Below, piece by piece: positions 18,254 to 27,528 of a DNA stretch of 64,000 nucleotides. Numbering within the stretch: the stretch's first letter is position 1; each line of letters begins with the position of its first letter. Both the position numbers and the translations under genes were made by a program. Below the pieces are notes generated by a model that had not been told where the DNA came from, ran no database searches, and saw only the letters and a program-made list of their open reading frames with translations. This DNA comes from Actinomycetota bacterium. GTDB lineage: Bacteria; Actinomycetota; Humimicrobiia; Humimicrobiales; Humimicrobiaceae. The stretch spans positions 2,705 to 66,704 of the forward strand of contig JAQVDY010000006.1 of assembly GCA_028698215.1 (NCBI GenBank), written 5' to 3'.

Positions 18254-18640
18254 ATGAAGGATAAAGAGACTAGAAAAAAGTCACAGGAAATAGGCATAAG
18301 TGGCCTAAACAGCATCAGCAACCTGGAAGCCAATATCATGAAAATCATATGGGAACGAAAAAAGGCCACGGTAAGGGAAGTTCATGAACTGATGCTAAGA
18401 AAGGAAATAGAGAAAAAGAAAGATAGTTTTATACCTTACACCACGGTTATGTCTACCATGAATACTTTAGCTGAAAAGAAACTTCTAAACCAGGATAGGG
18501 CTGCAAAAACTTATATCTATTCCCCGGCAGTGACTAAAACCGAACTGGCAAAAAGCATTTTCCAGACAGTGGCAGACAAGATTCTGGCTGGAACCAATCA
18601 GCAAAACAGGGTAAACAAGTTTATAAGCAGCATGCAATAG
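18254..18640 (+). CDS. BlaI/MecI/CopY-family (penicillinase-repressor-type) winged-helix transcriptional regulator. It is the only plus-strand gene in the BMC locus.
   Basis: The segment NLEANIMKIIWERKKATVREVHELM...YTTVMSTMNTLAEKKLL matches the Penicillinase_R pattern. A GGAGG RBS is present. Size is 128 aa. Confidence 0.65.
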   Translation: MKDKETRKKSQEIGISGLNSISNLEANIMKIIWERKKATVREVHELMLRKEIEKKKDSFIPYTTVMSTMNTLAEKKLLNQDRAAKTYIYSPAVTKTELAKSIFQTVADKILAGTNQQNRVNKFISSMQ

Positions 18641-18643
18641 CCT

Positions 18644-18913
18644 TTATTGCCCTATCTTGATACTGTCCACCTTGGCTACTATGACCGAATCAATGCTTTT
18701 TTCCCTGGTCCGTTCAGTCATGCGCGCCGAACTACCGTTAACCACCAGCACCCTTTCTCCGATGCCTACCCCTACCAGATCCACTGCTACCACGAAGGGG
18801 TCCAGCAGTTTGCCTTCCAGGTCTACTGCCTTTACCACCATTAGTTTTTTGCCTTCCAGGCTGCTGTCTTTCTGGGTGCATACTACATTACCTATCACTT
18901 GGCCTAAAACCAT
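18644..18913 (-). CDS. BMC-P vertex pentamer protein, paralog type A.
   Basis: An 89-aa EutN_CcmL pattern. It is most similar to the 16701-16967 product. Confidence 0.75.
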   Translation of the reverse strand: MVLGQVIGNVVCTQKDSSLEGKKLMVVKAVDLEGKLLDPFVVAVDLVGVGIGERVLVVNGSSARMTERTREKSIDSVIVAKVDSIKIGQ

Positions 18914-18922
18914 AATTATCCG

Positions 18923-19198
18923 TCACTCCCTGTTAATATTAACCTTGTCTATCAAAGCTACTATGGTAGCGTCAGTAGGCACATCCTCCTGGTCAAAAGC
19001 CCAGGTAGCTTCAGATCCGTCCTCATAGCCTACGATATCCCCTATGCCTGCAGAAGTGGCATCCAGGGCTACCAGGAATGTTCCCTGTTCCTCTCCCGTC
19101 TCCAGGTCAATGGGCTGGATAACCTGTATTTTTTTTCCTTCCAGTCCCTGGTGCTTAATGGTAGCCACCACATTGCCTATAACTTTAGCATAATACAA
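18923..19198 (-). CDS. BMC-P vertex pentamer protein, paralog type B.
   Basis: A 91-aa EutN_CcmL pattern (MYYAKVIGNVVATIKHQGLEGKKI...). Confidence 0.7.
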   Translation of the reverse strand: MYYAKVIGNVVATIKHQGLEGKKIQVIQPIDLETGEEQGTFLVALDATSAGIGDIVGYEDGSEATWAFDQEDVPTDATIVALIDKVNINRE

Positions 19199-19234
19199 TT
19201 GACATCATCTCCAGATAAGATAATAGCACAACCG

Positions 19235-20158
19235 CTAATTTTGACCAACCGCCAACTTAGCCGCCTTCAAAGTGTTTTTTAGCAGCATGGCTATAGTCAT
19301 GGGCCCCACTCCGCCCGGCACCGGAGTTATGAAACCTGCTTTGGGCTCTACCCTTATAAAATCCACATCCCCTATAAGGGTGGTGCCTTTCTTTTCGAAA
19401 TCCTCTCTTCTCCATTCCAAAAGCTCAGGGCCGGCCTGGGCTGCTTCTATCCTGTTTATGCCTACATCTATAACTGCTGCTCCCGGCTTTACCATTTCCT
19501 CCTTGATCAGGTAGGGGACCCCTGCCGCTACTATCAATATATCCGCATCCCTGGTATGAGCCGCCAGGTCCTTGGTCTCTATATGGCATACAGTTACTGT
19601 AGCCCATTCATTTAACAGCAGTAAAGCAGTGGGTTTTCCCACATTTTCGCTATGGCCCACCATGGTGGCATTCTTTCCCTTGATAATTATATCCTCCCTT
19701 TTTAGCAGCTCTATTATGCCGGCAGGAGTAGCCGGCAGGAGGCAATCCTGCTGTGCTACCAGCTTGCCCATATTGAAAGGGTGGAATCCATCCACATCTT
19801 TTCCGGGATCTATGGCTATCAGTACCTGGCTGGTATCCACCTGTTGCGGCAAAGGCAGCTGCACCAGTATGCCGTGTATATCATCCCTGCGGTTAAGTTT
19901 GTTTATCTGGGCTAAAATATCAGGGGTATTAACCGTACTGGGCATATTTATGGTCTCTGATTTTATGCCCACCTGGCGGCAGCCTTTCTCCTTATTAGCC
20001 ACATATACCTTGGAGGCGGGGTTATCCCCCACCAGTATCACTGCCAGTCCCGGAACTATCCCCTTTTCCTGTTTTATCCGGCTAACTTCAATTTCTACTT
20101 CCTGTTTTATCTGGGCAGATATATTTGCCCCATTTATTAGCTTAGCTATATTGATCAC
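19235..20158 (-). CDS. folD: Bifunctional 5,10-methylene-THF dehydrogenase / methenyl-THF cyclohydrolase.
   Basis: Full-length FolD pattern. Size is 307 aa. Confidence 0.85.
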   Translation of the reverse strand: MINIAKLINGANISAQIKQEVEIEVSRIKQEKGIVPGLAVILVGDNPASKVYVANKEKGCRQVGIKSETINMPSTVNTPDILAQINKLNRRDDIHGILVQLPLPQQVDTSQVLIAIDPGKDVDGFHPFNMGKLVAQQDCLLPATPAGIIELLKREDIIIKGKNATMVGHSENVGKPTALLLLNEWATVTVCHIETKDLAAHTRDADILIVAAGVPYLIKEEMVKPGAAVIDVGINRIEAAQAGPELLEWRREDFEKKGTTLIGDVDFIRVEPKAGFITPVPGGVGPMTIAMLLKNTLKAAKLAVGQN

Positions 20159-20188
20159 CCCTCAGTGTTGCGAAGTTTATAAAGTTTT

Positions 20189-21910
20189 TTAAAACAAGCC
20201 TACAATATTACCGTCCTGGTCCAGATCCACCCTGGTTCCTGCCGGAACTTTGGGGAGCCCGGGCATGGTCCTCATCTCTCCCAGCAGGGGATACAAAAAT
20301 CCTGCCCCTGCCGAAACCCTTATATCCCTGATAGGCACCCTGAACCCGGTAGGCCTTCCCTTTAAATTTGGGTCATGGCTTAAAGAAAGGTGGGTTTTGG
20401 CCATACATATGGGAAGATGGGCAAAACCCTGCCTGGTATAGGTCTCCAACTTTTTCCGGGCTTCCGGCAAGAAATCTACCCCATCCGCCCCGTAAATCCT
20501 GGTAGCTATGGTCTCAATCTTTTGCTCAATCGGCCAGTCCAGGGGATACAGGTAACCAAACTCTGATTTCTTTTCCGCCGCTTTTACTACTGCTTCCGCC
20601 AGCCCTGTGCCCCCGGCTCCGCCTTCCAGCCACACCCGGCTGACTACCGCATCCTCGGCTCCGGCTGCTGCTGCTTTTTCCCTGATGGTTTCTATCTCCT
20701 GGGAAGTATCGGTATCAAAATGGTTAATGGCCACTACCACCGGCACCCCATGCAGTTTGACGTTTTCTATCATCTTTTCCAAATTCTGGCAGCCCTTGGC
20801 AACCGCCTCCACATTAGGGGTTTCCATAAGCTGCCGGTCTACCCCCTGGCCGGGTATAAATTCAAAGCCGCCCCCATGCATCTTAAGCGCCCTTACCGTG
20901 GCCACAATTACTGCCGCATCAGGCTTAAGCCCAGAATACCTGCACTTTATATTAAAGAATTTCTCTGCCCCGATGTCCGCTCCAAACCCGCTTTCGGTAA
21001 CCACATAGTCTCCCAGCTTTATAGCCAGCTGATCAGCCAAAATAGAACTGTTTCCATGGGCTATATTGGCAAAAGGACCGGTATGTACAAAGCAGGGGGT
21101 ATGCTCAATGGTCTGCACCAGGTTGGGTTTTATGGCATCTTTTAACAGTACAGCCATAGCTCCCGCGCATTTTAGGTCTTCTGCAGTAACCGGACGGCCG
21201 TCATAGGTGGAGCCTATAGTCATCTTGCCCAATTTTTCCCTCAAATCCTTAAGGCTGGTGGTTAAAGCCAAGATAGCCATTACTTCACTGGCAACAGTGA
21301 TATCATAACCGGTTTCCCGGGGTATGCCGTTTAAAGGTCCCCCCAGCCCCACCACTATATTGCGCAGGGCCCTGTCACTTACATCCACTACCCGGTTTAA
21401 GGTTATGCTGAAAGGATCAATATTAAGGTCATTGCCCTTCATCAGGTGGGTATCCAGAAAAGCAGCCAGCAGGTTATGGGCAATTCCCACCGCATGGATA
21501 TCCCCGGTAAGGTGCAGGTTAAAATCTTCCATGGGCAGCACCTGTGAATATCCGCCCCCTGCTGCTCCCCCCTTGATCCCAAATACCGGACCCAGTGAAG
21601 GCTGCCTGATACAGGTAATGGTCTTTTTCCCTATTTGGTTTAAGGCCATGCTAAGCCCTATGGTAGTTACTGTCTTGCCCTCTCCCAGGGGAGTGGGGGT
21701 AATAGCGGTTATGTCTATGTACTTTCCATCAGGCCGGTCTTTTAAGCTTTCCAAGGCAGACAGGTTTACCTTAGCCTTGTAATTTCCATAAAGCTCCAAA
21801 TATTTTTCATCCAGCCCTACCGAATCGGCAATTTGGTAAATATGCTTCATGTCCGCAGCCTGAGCTATTTCTATATCGCTCTTCAAACCGGCTCCTTTCT
21901 TAAGTAGCAA
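20189..21910 (-). CDS. fhs: Formate--tetrahydrofolate ligase.
   Basis: Full-length Fhs/FTHFS pattern. Size is 573 aa. Confidence 0.85.
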   Translation of the reverse strand: MLLKKGAGLKSDIEIAQAADMKHIYQIADSVGLDEKYLELYGNYKAKVNLSALESLKDRPDGKYIDITAITPTPLGEGKTVTTIGLSMALNQIGKKTITCIRQPSLGPVFGIKGGAAGGGYSQVLPMEDFNLHLTGDIHAVGIAHNLLAAFLDTHLMKGNDLNIDPFSITLNRVVDVSDRALRNIVVGLGGPLNGIPRETGYDITVASEVMAILALTTSLKDLREKLGKMTIGSTYDGRPVTAEDLKCAGAMAVLLKDAIKPNLVQTIEHTPCFVHTGPFANIAHGNSSILADQLAIKLGDYVVTESGFGADIGAEKFFNIKCRYSGLKPDAAVIVATVRALKMHGGGFEFIPGQGVDRQLMETPNVEAVAKGCQNLEKMIENVKLHGVPVVVAINHFDTDTSQEIETIREKAAAAGAEDAVVSRVWLEGGAGGTGLAEAVVKAAEKKSEFGYLYPLDWPIEQKIETIATRIYGADGVDFLPEARKKLETYTRQGFAHLPICMAKTHLSLSHDPNLKGRPTGFRVPIRDIRVSAGAGFLYPLLGEMRTMPGLPKVPAGTRVDLDQDGNIVGLF

Positions 21911-21934
21911 AAGTTAAATTACGATGTGGCTTAA

Positions 21935-21963
21935 ATTATATATAAATAAATAACCTGTTACAA
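21935..21963 (-). promoter_or_regulatory. Sigma70-like promoter (TTGTAA-17-TATAAT) reading into fhs.
   Basis: The -35 is at plus coordinates 21958-21963 and the -10 at 21935-21940, with exact 17-bp spacing. It lies ~25 nt upstream of the fhs start. Confidence 0.4.
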
Positions 21964-22006
21964 ACCAATTAAAAAATATTTAACTGCCGGACAAAGGCCA
22001 TTCCAT

Positions 22007-22043
22007 AAAAAAAGGGAAAGAGATAGAAATCTCCTTCCCTTTT
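22007..22043 (-). terminator. Intrinsic terminator after the lipoprotein gene.
   Basis: The hairpin GGGAAAGAGAT-agaa-ATCTCCTTCCC has A/T runs on both sides, a U-run on the minus strand. Confidence 0.4.
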
Positions 22044-22068
22044 AATTGTAAAATTATCTTAATATGAG

Positions 22069-22668
22069 CTATTTCTCTGTGGCCTGCAGGCTTAGATGGA
22101 CCTCTCCATCGGAATCCATGATAAACACATTAACATTATAGTTATCGTTATCGGCAATAATCGTGGAAGTGGTGCCTTCTTCATCTTCATAGGTCTGCTG
22201 GCTGGTAATATTCCAGCCGGACATCTCCTGTTTATACCATTCAAACAGTTCAGTGCCGGATCCGCCCTGGTACTGGCCTAATATGCTAAACTGCTGCTGG
22301 CCGCCTTCCTGGCCGGAAGCGCTGGTAATAATATTTAAATCGGAAGGAACGGGGATCTGGCTGGGAAAATCATCAGGGATACTTAAATTTTCCCCGGAAC
22401 TAATAGTGGTTTCGCCATCTTCAGTAGTAATGGTAGCTCCTTCATCATCAGAGCTGATACTGAATTGCTCACCGTCTTCTCCGGTAATATTTACCTCCCC
22501 GCTGCTTAAATCCACATCTATATCCTGGCCTTCAGAAGCAGCTGCACTCTCAATTATTTTCTCCGTTATTTTTTCAGCGGCACAACTACAACCTGTAAAC
22601 AAGAAGGCAGCTAGTAGCATGGCTGCCGAAATAGCTATGATTTTCTTCATTTTTGCTCCTTTGACCAT
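22069..22668 (-). CDS. Acidic Gly/Ser/Thr/Asp/Glu-rich lipoprotein of unknown function.
   Basis: A signal peptide with a lipobox (LFTGC). The mature part is low-complexity and acidic. Confidence 0.5.
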   Translation of the reverse strand: MVKGAKMKKIIAISAAMLLAAFLFTGCSCAAEKITEKIIESAAASEGQDIDVDLSSGEVNITGEDGEQFSISSDDEGATITTEDGETTISSGENLSIPDDFPSQIPVPSDLNIITSASGQEGGQQQFSILGQYQGGSGTELFEWYKQEMSGWNITSQQTYEDEEGTTSTIIADNDNYNVNVFIMDSDGEVHLSLQATEK

Positions 22669-22740
22669 TATTATTTATGGGCTACAGCCTCAAAAGTAAT
22701 ATAATTTTTTTTAAGGAAAAATACAACCAGCAAAAAACAA

Positions 22741-24558
22741 TTAGCCCTTGCTTCCGGAATCAATCTGGTAAAAACTCATAAAGGCATCATCTGGAATTTC
22801 TACCCGGCCAATTTTTTTAAGCCTCTTTTTGCCTTCCTTCTGCTTTTCCAAAACCTTTCTCTTCCTGGTAATATCTCCCCCGTAAAGGCCGGAGGTGACA
22901 TCCTTCCGGTAAGGCGCTATTCTCTCCTTGGCTATGATCCTCTTGCCGATGGCCGCCTGTATAGCCACTTCAAAATTCTGCCGGGGTATTATTTTTCTTA
23001 ATTTTTGGGCCAGCTCCCGGCCTAAATAATAAGCTTTATCCCGGTGTATGATAGTAGAAAGCTCATCAATCATATCACCAGCAATAAGCATGTCCATCTT
23101 GACCAGGTCTGAAGCCCGGTAATCCAAAAGCTCGTAATCCAGAGAGGCAAAACCGCTAGTGACTGATTTTAGCAGATTAAAGAAATCTACAATAATCTCT
23201 GATAAAGGCATCCTGTATTTAATCTCTACCCTTTCCATGGAAAGATACTGCATATCCACAAACTCCCCCCGCTTGCCGTTACAAAGCTTCATTACTTCCC
23301 CGATATAGTCCTTGGGGGTTATAACCGTAGCATTTACATAAGGCTCCTTGATGTTTTCAATCTTATCCAGGGCAGGGAAATCCGAAGGCCTGGTAACCTC
23401 TACTTCCTGGCCATCAGTAAGCACCACCATATAGGCAACATTGGGGGAAGTGGTAATCAAGCGCAGGCCGTATTCCCTTTCCAGCCGTTCCTTGATTATT
23501 TCCATATGGAGAAGCCCCAAAAAACCGCAGCGGAACCCGAACCCCAGGGCCTGTGAGGATTCAGGCATAAAATCCAGGGAGGAATCATTTAAGGCCAGCT
23601 TGTTTAAGGCATCCCTTAAATCTTCATAGTCTCCCCCTTCTATGGGAAAAAGGCCGCAGTATACCATGGGCTTGGGTTTCTTGTATCCAGGCAGGCTCCT
23701 GGCTGCCGGCTTCTGGCTGTCAGTTATGGTATCGCCCACCGTTATATGTTCCACTTCCTTAATACCGGTAATGACATAGCCTACCTCTCCGGGACCCAGG
23801 GATGCCTTGGCTATCATCTTGGGGGCCAACAGGCCCACTTCTTCTACCTCGGTGGTAATTTTTTCTCCCATAAACCTTACCTTTATCCCCTTGGCAATGC
23901 TTCCGTTTACCACCCTGATTAAGGCTACAACCCCCCGGTATATATTATATTTGGAATCAAAGATGAGGGCCTGCAGCGGCTCATCCATGCTCCCTCCGGG
24001 AGCTGGAACCCTTTCTACTATGGCTTCCAGTATCTTGTGAACTCCCTCGCCGGTTTTAGCGCTTACCCTGATGATGTCTTCACGGCTTACCCCTAAAATC
24101 TTGGATAGCTCTTCTTCCACCTCTTCTACCCGGGCACTTTTTAAATCGATCTTGTTTACCACCGGAATTATTTCCAGCTCATTATCCAAAGCCAGGTATA
24201 TATTGGCCAGGGTCTGGGCCTGTATGCCCTGGGTGGCATCCACTAGAAGTATGGCCCCTTCGCAGGCAGCCAGGCTCCGGGAAACCTCATAGCTGAAATC
24301 CACATGCCCCGGGGTATCAATCAGGTTAAGGGTATAGGTATTGCCGTCTACGCGGCTGTGGTACAGAACCCTTACCGCATGGGACTTAATGGTAATACCC
24401 CTTTCCCTTTCCAGGTCCATATCATCCAGGTATTGATCCAGCATATCCCGGGCACTTACCGTATCAGTAACTTCCAATATCCGGTCCGCCAAAGTGGACT
24501 TGCCGTGATCGATATGGGCGATTATGGAAAAATTCCTTATAAGCCTGTTCTCAGTCAT
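22741..24558 (-). CDS. lepA: Elongation factor 4 (LepA).
   Basis: It has the GTPase motifs AHIDHGKST and DTPGH, and a LepA C-terminal region. Size is 605 aa. Confidence 0.9.
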   Translation of the reverse strand: MTENRLIRNFSIIAHIDHGKSTLADRILEVTDTVSARDMLDQYLDDMDLERERGITIKSHAVRVLYHSRVDGNTYTLNLIDTPGHVDFSYEVSRSLAACEGAILLVDATQGIQAQTLANIYLALDNELEIIPVVNKIDLKSARVEEVEEELSKILGVSREDIIRVSAKTGEGVHKILEAIVERVPAPGGSMDEPLQALIFDSKYNIYRGVVALIRVVNGSIAKGIKVRFMGEKITTEVEEVGLLAPKMIAKASLGPGEVGYVITGIKEVEHITVGDTITDSQKPAARSLPGYKKPKPMVYCGLFPIEGGDYEDLRDALNKLALNDSSLDFMPESSQALGFGFRCGFLGLLHMEIIKERLEREYGLRLITTSPNVAYMVVLTDGQEVEVTRPSDFPALDKIENIKEPYVNATVITPKDYIGEVMKLCNGKRGEFVDMQYLSMERVEIKYRMPLSEIIVDFFNLLKSVTSGFASLDYELLDYRASDLVKMDMLIAGDMIDELSTIIHRDKAYYLGRELAQKLRKIIPRQNFEVAIQAAIGKRIIAKERIAPYRKDVTSGLYGGDITRKRKVLEKQKEGKKRLKKIGRVEIPDDAFMSFYQIDSGSKG

Positions 24559-26142
24559 CTACCTCTTAAAACCCCTGTCCTTGAATTTTTTAAACAAATT
24601 TATGGCAAATTTAATTTCATCCATTTTAAACCAGTAAGTTAAAGCTATATATATTACCGCGGCTGCCGCTATAGTCAACCCCAGGCTGATGATAAGGGGC
24701 ACCAGCCCTTGGTAGGCATAGCTTTCCAGCAGTTTCCATATGCCGTATACGCATAAAGCCATAACCGCGGAAGCCAACATCATTTTACCATAGGAGACGG
24801 CAATCCTTTTACCTCCCAGGTTACCTACCTTTTTGCGCAGTATTACCAGCAGCGCTACGGTGTTAAATGCCGCTACCAGGGAAGTAGACAAGGCCAAGCC
24901 TCCTACATCCATAAACCTTATAAGCAGCCAGTCCAAACCGAAATTAACCACAATAGACACCGCCGCCACCTTTAAAGGGGTTTTGACATTCTTGAAAGCA
25001 TAAAAAACCCGGTTCAGTATCATCAAAAGCCCAAACCATACCAGGCCCAGGCTGTGAAATACCAGAATATAGGCCACTGTCCGGGTATCCTGGGCTGAAA
25101 AATTGTAATGTTCAAACAATACCTTGATTATGGGGGAGCTTAACATGACCAGGCCTACCGTGGCCGGAAGCATAATATAACCTATCTCCCTTACCCCCAG
25201 GGAAAAACTCTCTTTTAATCCCTTCCTGTCATCTGCTGCTGCCTGCCTGGAAAAAAGAGGATAGAGCACAGTTATAACTGCTACTGAAAACACCCCCAGA
25301 GGCAGATTGGCTACCCTCCAGGACAAGGTAAGGGCGGTAGTATTTCCGGCCCCCAAACCCAGGGCAAAGAAATTATCGACGCTGTTATTAAGCTGTACCG
25401 CTCCCAGGCTCAGCAATATGGGCAGCATCAGGGAAAATATTTCTTTTACTGCCTCATGTTTAAAATCAATACGAAAACTGTATTTCAGGCCCGAAACCTT
25501 AAGCTGGGGCAGCTGCACCAGAAGATGTAGAACCGAGCCAACCATCACTCCTATGGCCATGGAGATGATGCCGGTATGCCTGGCTAAAAGGATTACAGCT
25601 ACAATAGTGGCTACATTCATCACCATTGGGGCCAGGGAAGGCACCGTAAACAGGTTATGTGAATTCAGTATGCCGGTTACCAGCCCGGAAAGGCCCAGCG
25701 ATAGCAAAGAAAAAATCATTATCCTGCTCATCACCACAAACTTGCCTATATCCATCTGGTTGTCTGCAATATTAGAAAGCAGTACCCCGATCTGGGGGGA
25801 AAATATAAATATAAATACCGATATTACTATAAAGGCGACAATCATAATATTAGTCACTGAACTTACAAAGCCCTGCAGCTCCTTCCTTTTGGAAGAAGCC
25901 AGATAAGAAGAGTATATGGGTATAAATGCAGCAATAATTAAAGACTCTGCGAACAAGACCTTAAACAGGTTGGGTATAAAATGGGCCCAGGTAAAAGCAT
26001 CGGTGTCATAACTTATGCCAAAATATCCAGCCAGAATCTGGTCCCTTACCAGTCCGCTTACCTTGGACAGCAAAATGGCCAGTATTACTATAACCGTAGC
26101 ATTAAATATCCTTTTACGGGACAAGAAACTGTCCTGCTGCAT
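24559..26142 (-). CDS. murJ: Lipid II flippase MurJ/MviN.
   Basis: A 527-aa polytopic membrane protein with the MurJ pattern. Confidence 0.75.
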   Translation of the reverse strand: MQQDSFLSRKRIFNATVIVILAILLSKVSGLVRDQILAGYFGISYDTDAFTWAHFIPNLFKVLFAESLIIAAFIPIYSSYLASSKRKELQGFVSSVTNIMIVAFIVISVFIFIFSPQIGVLLSNIADNQMDIGKFVVMSRIMIFSLLSLGLSGLVTGILNSHNLFTVPSLAPMVMNVATIVAVILLARHTGIISMAIGVMVGSVLHLLVQLPQLKVSGLKYSFRIDFKHEAVKEIFSLMLPILLSLGAVQLNNSVDNFFALGLGAGNTTALTLSWRVANLPLGVFSVAVITVLYPLFSRQAAADDRKGLKESFSLGVREIGYIMLPATVGLVMLSSPIIKVLFEHYNFSAQDTRTVAYILVFHSLGLVWFGLLMILNRVFYAFKNVKTPLKVAAVSIVVNFGLDWLLIRFMDVGGLALSTSLVAAFNTVALLVILRKKVGNLGGKRIAVSYGKMMLASAVMALCVYGIWKLLESYAYQGLVPLIISLGLTIAAAAVIYIALTYWFKMDEIKFAINLFKKFKDRGFKR

Positions 26143-26272
26143 ATAAATACCTCTTGATATAATGAAAAAAGAATTATATCATTTAAGTTCTTTTAATTAT
26201 AATATTTTTCAATTTTAGTAAAAAGTGCTAAAATTGTGGTCCGTAACTGGAATTGAAAGGATAAGATAGGTT

Positions 26273-26539
26273 ATGCCTAATATTAAATCACAGGAAAAAA
26301 GAGATAGACAGAATATAAAAAGCAGGACTAAAAACAGGGCCCTTAAGACCAAGATAAGAAATATTCAGAAAATCTTTTTGCAGGCAGTAGAGGAAAAAGA
26401 TGTGGAAGCAGCCAAGAAAAACTTGAGCCTGCTGTATAAAGCTTTGGATAAAGCTGCAAAAAATAGCGCTGTACACGACAACTTTGTAGCTAATAAAAAG
26501 TCCCAGGCAGCTAAAAAAATGGCTTTGCTTAAGTCTTAG
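26273..26539 (+). CDS. rpsT: 30S ribosomal protein S20.
   Basis: The sequence MPNIKSQEKRDRQNIKSRTKNRALKTKIRN is typical of S20. Confidence 0.9.
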   Translation: MPNIKSQEKRDRQNIKSRTKNRALKTKIRNIQKIFLQAVEEKDVEAAKKNLSLLYKALDKAAKNSAVHDNFVANKKSQAAKKMALLKS

Positions 26540-27528
26540 GCTTCCATAATTTCTATTATCATTTTAAACATATGATCGGCAGCTTTCTGCGTATCGCGGA
26601 AAACCCGGTCATATTTGTTTATGATGCCTAAAATCCTGGCCAGCTGCCCCGGACGGTAACCAGAAGCGAATTTTTTGTATTTGGCAATCACCCTGTTTTG
26701 CATATAGGTACTGGACCTGATATTTTCCCTTATATAGTCCTGTCCTTCCTGGTCCAGGTTATGGGCAAAATAAGCCATAGACTTAAACAAGCGGTGAAGC
26801 AGGGTAACCGAAGCCAGGGAAACCTTAACCATATCCTGGTTTAGCTGAACCATGGCATCCATGGCCTGCAGTGCTCCTGCCTTATCCCTTTTGCCTATAA
26901 AATCTACCAGGTCAAAAATCTGCATGTTATACACCCTGGTCACCAGCCGGCTAACTGCCGCCTGGTCAACTGTACTGTCCTGCTGGCCGCTGGCATAACA
27001 GTACAGCTTTTCGTATTCTCTTTTTAACGCATCCAGCCTGTATTCCACGCTTTCCAAAAAGCTTTCCAGGGCCCTGCCGCTAAACTTTATGCCGTCCAGC
27101 TCTGCTTTTTCCTTAAGCCAGCTTTTAGCGTTTTCTGCAGTAGGTTCCTTAATTTTTTTTATGGTACCATGGCTTCTGGCTGCTTTTAAGAATTGGGGGT
27201 TAAGCTTTTCTGTGGTAGAGGTCATAACCAAGAAATTCCCTCCGGAATCTAATTTGTCCAGCTCCGCTGCCAGGCCTTTGAGCAGGGAGGAGGGACAGTC
27301 CTGGAGGTTTTTTAAGACCAGTACCTTATTATCTGAGAAAAAGGAGGGGGTGGATAAAAATGTAACCATATCAGCCAGGTCCGTTGTTTCATAATTTTCA
27401 TAAACCTTGTAGTCGGTATCCAGGTTTACCTTGCCTTTTATCCCCTTTTTAACCGCTGCCACCCTTTCTTCCAGTATGGAGCTGCTCCTGCTGATATAAA
27501 GGATAGCGGGCTTAGCTTTTTTGGCCAT
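26536..27528 (-). CDS. holA: DNA polymerase III delta subunit.
   Basis: A 330-aa protein with the HolA pattern, in the conserved comEC-holA/rpsT neighbourhood. Confidence 0.7.
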   Translation of the reverse strand: MAKKAKPAILYISRSSSILEERVAAVKKGIKGKVNLDTDYKVYENYETTDLADMVTFLSTPSFFSDNKVLVLKNLQDCPSSLLKGLAAELDKLDSGGNFLVMTSTTEKLNPQFLKAARSHGTIKKIKEPTAENAKSWLKEKAELDGIKFSGRALESFLESVEYRLDALKREYEKLYCYASGQQDSTVDQAAVSRLVTRVYNMQIFDLVDFIGKRDKAGALQAMDAMVQLNQDMVKVSLASVTLLHRLFKSMAYFAHNLDQEGQDYIRENIRSSTYMQNRVIAKYKKFASGYRPGQLARILGIINKYDRVFRDTQKAADHMFKMIIEIMEA

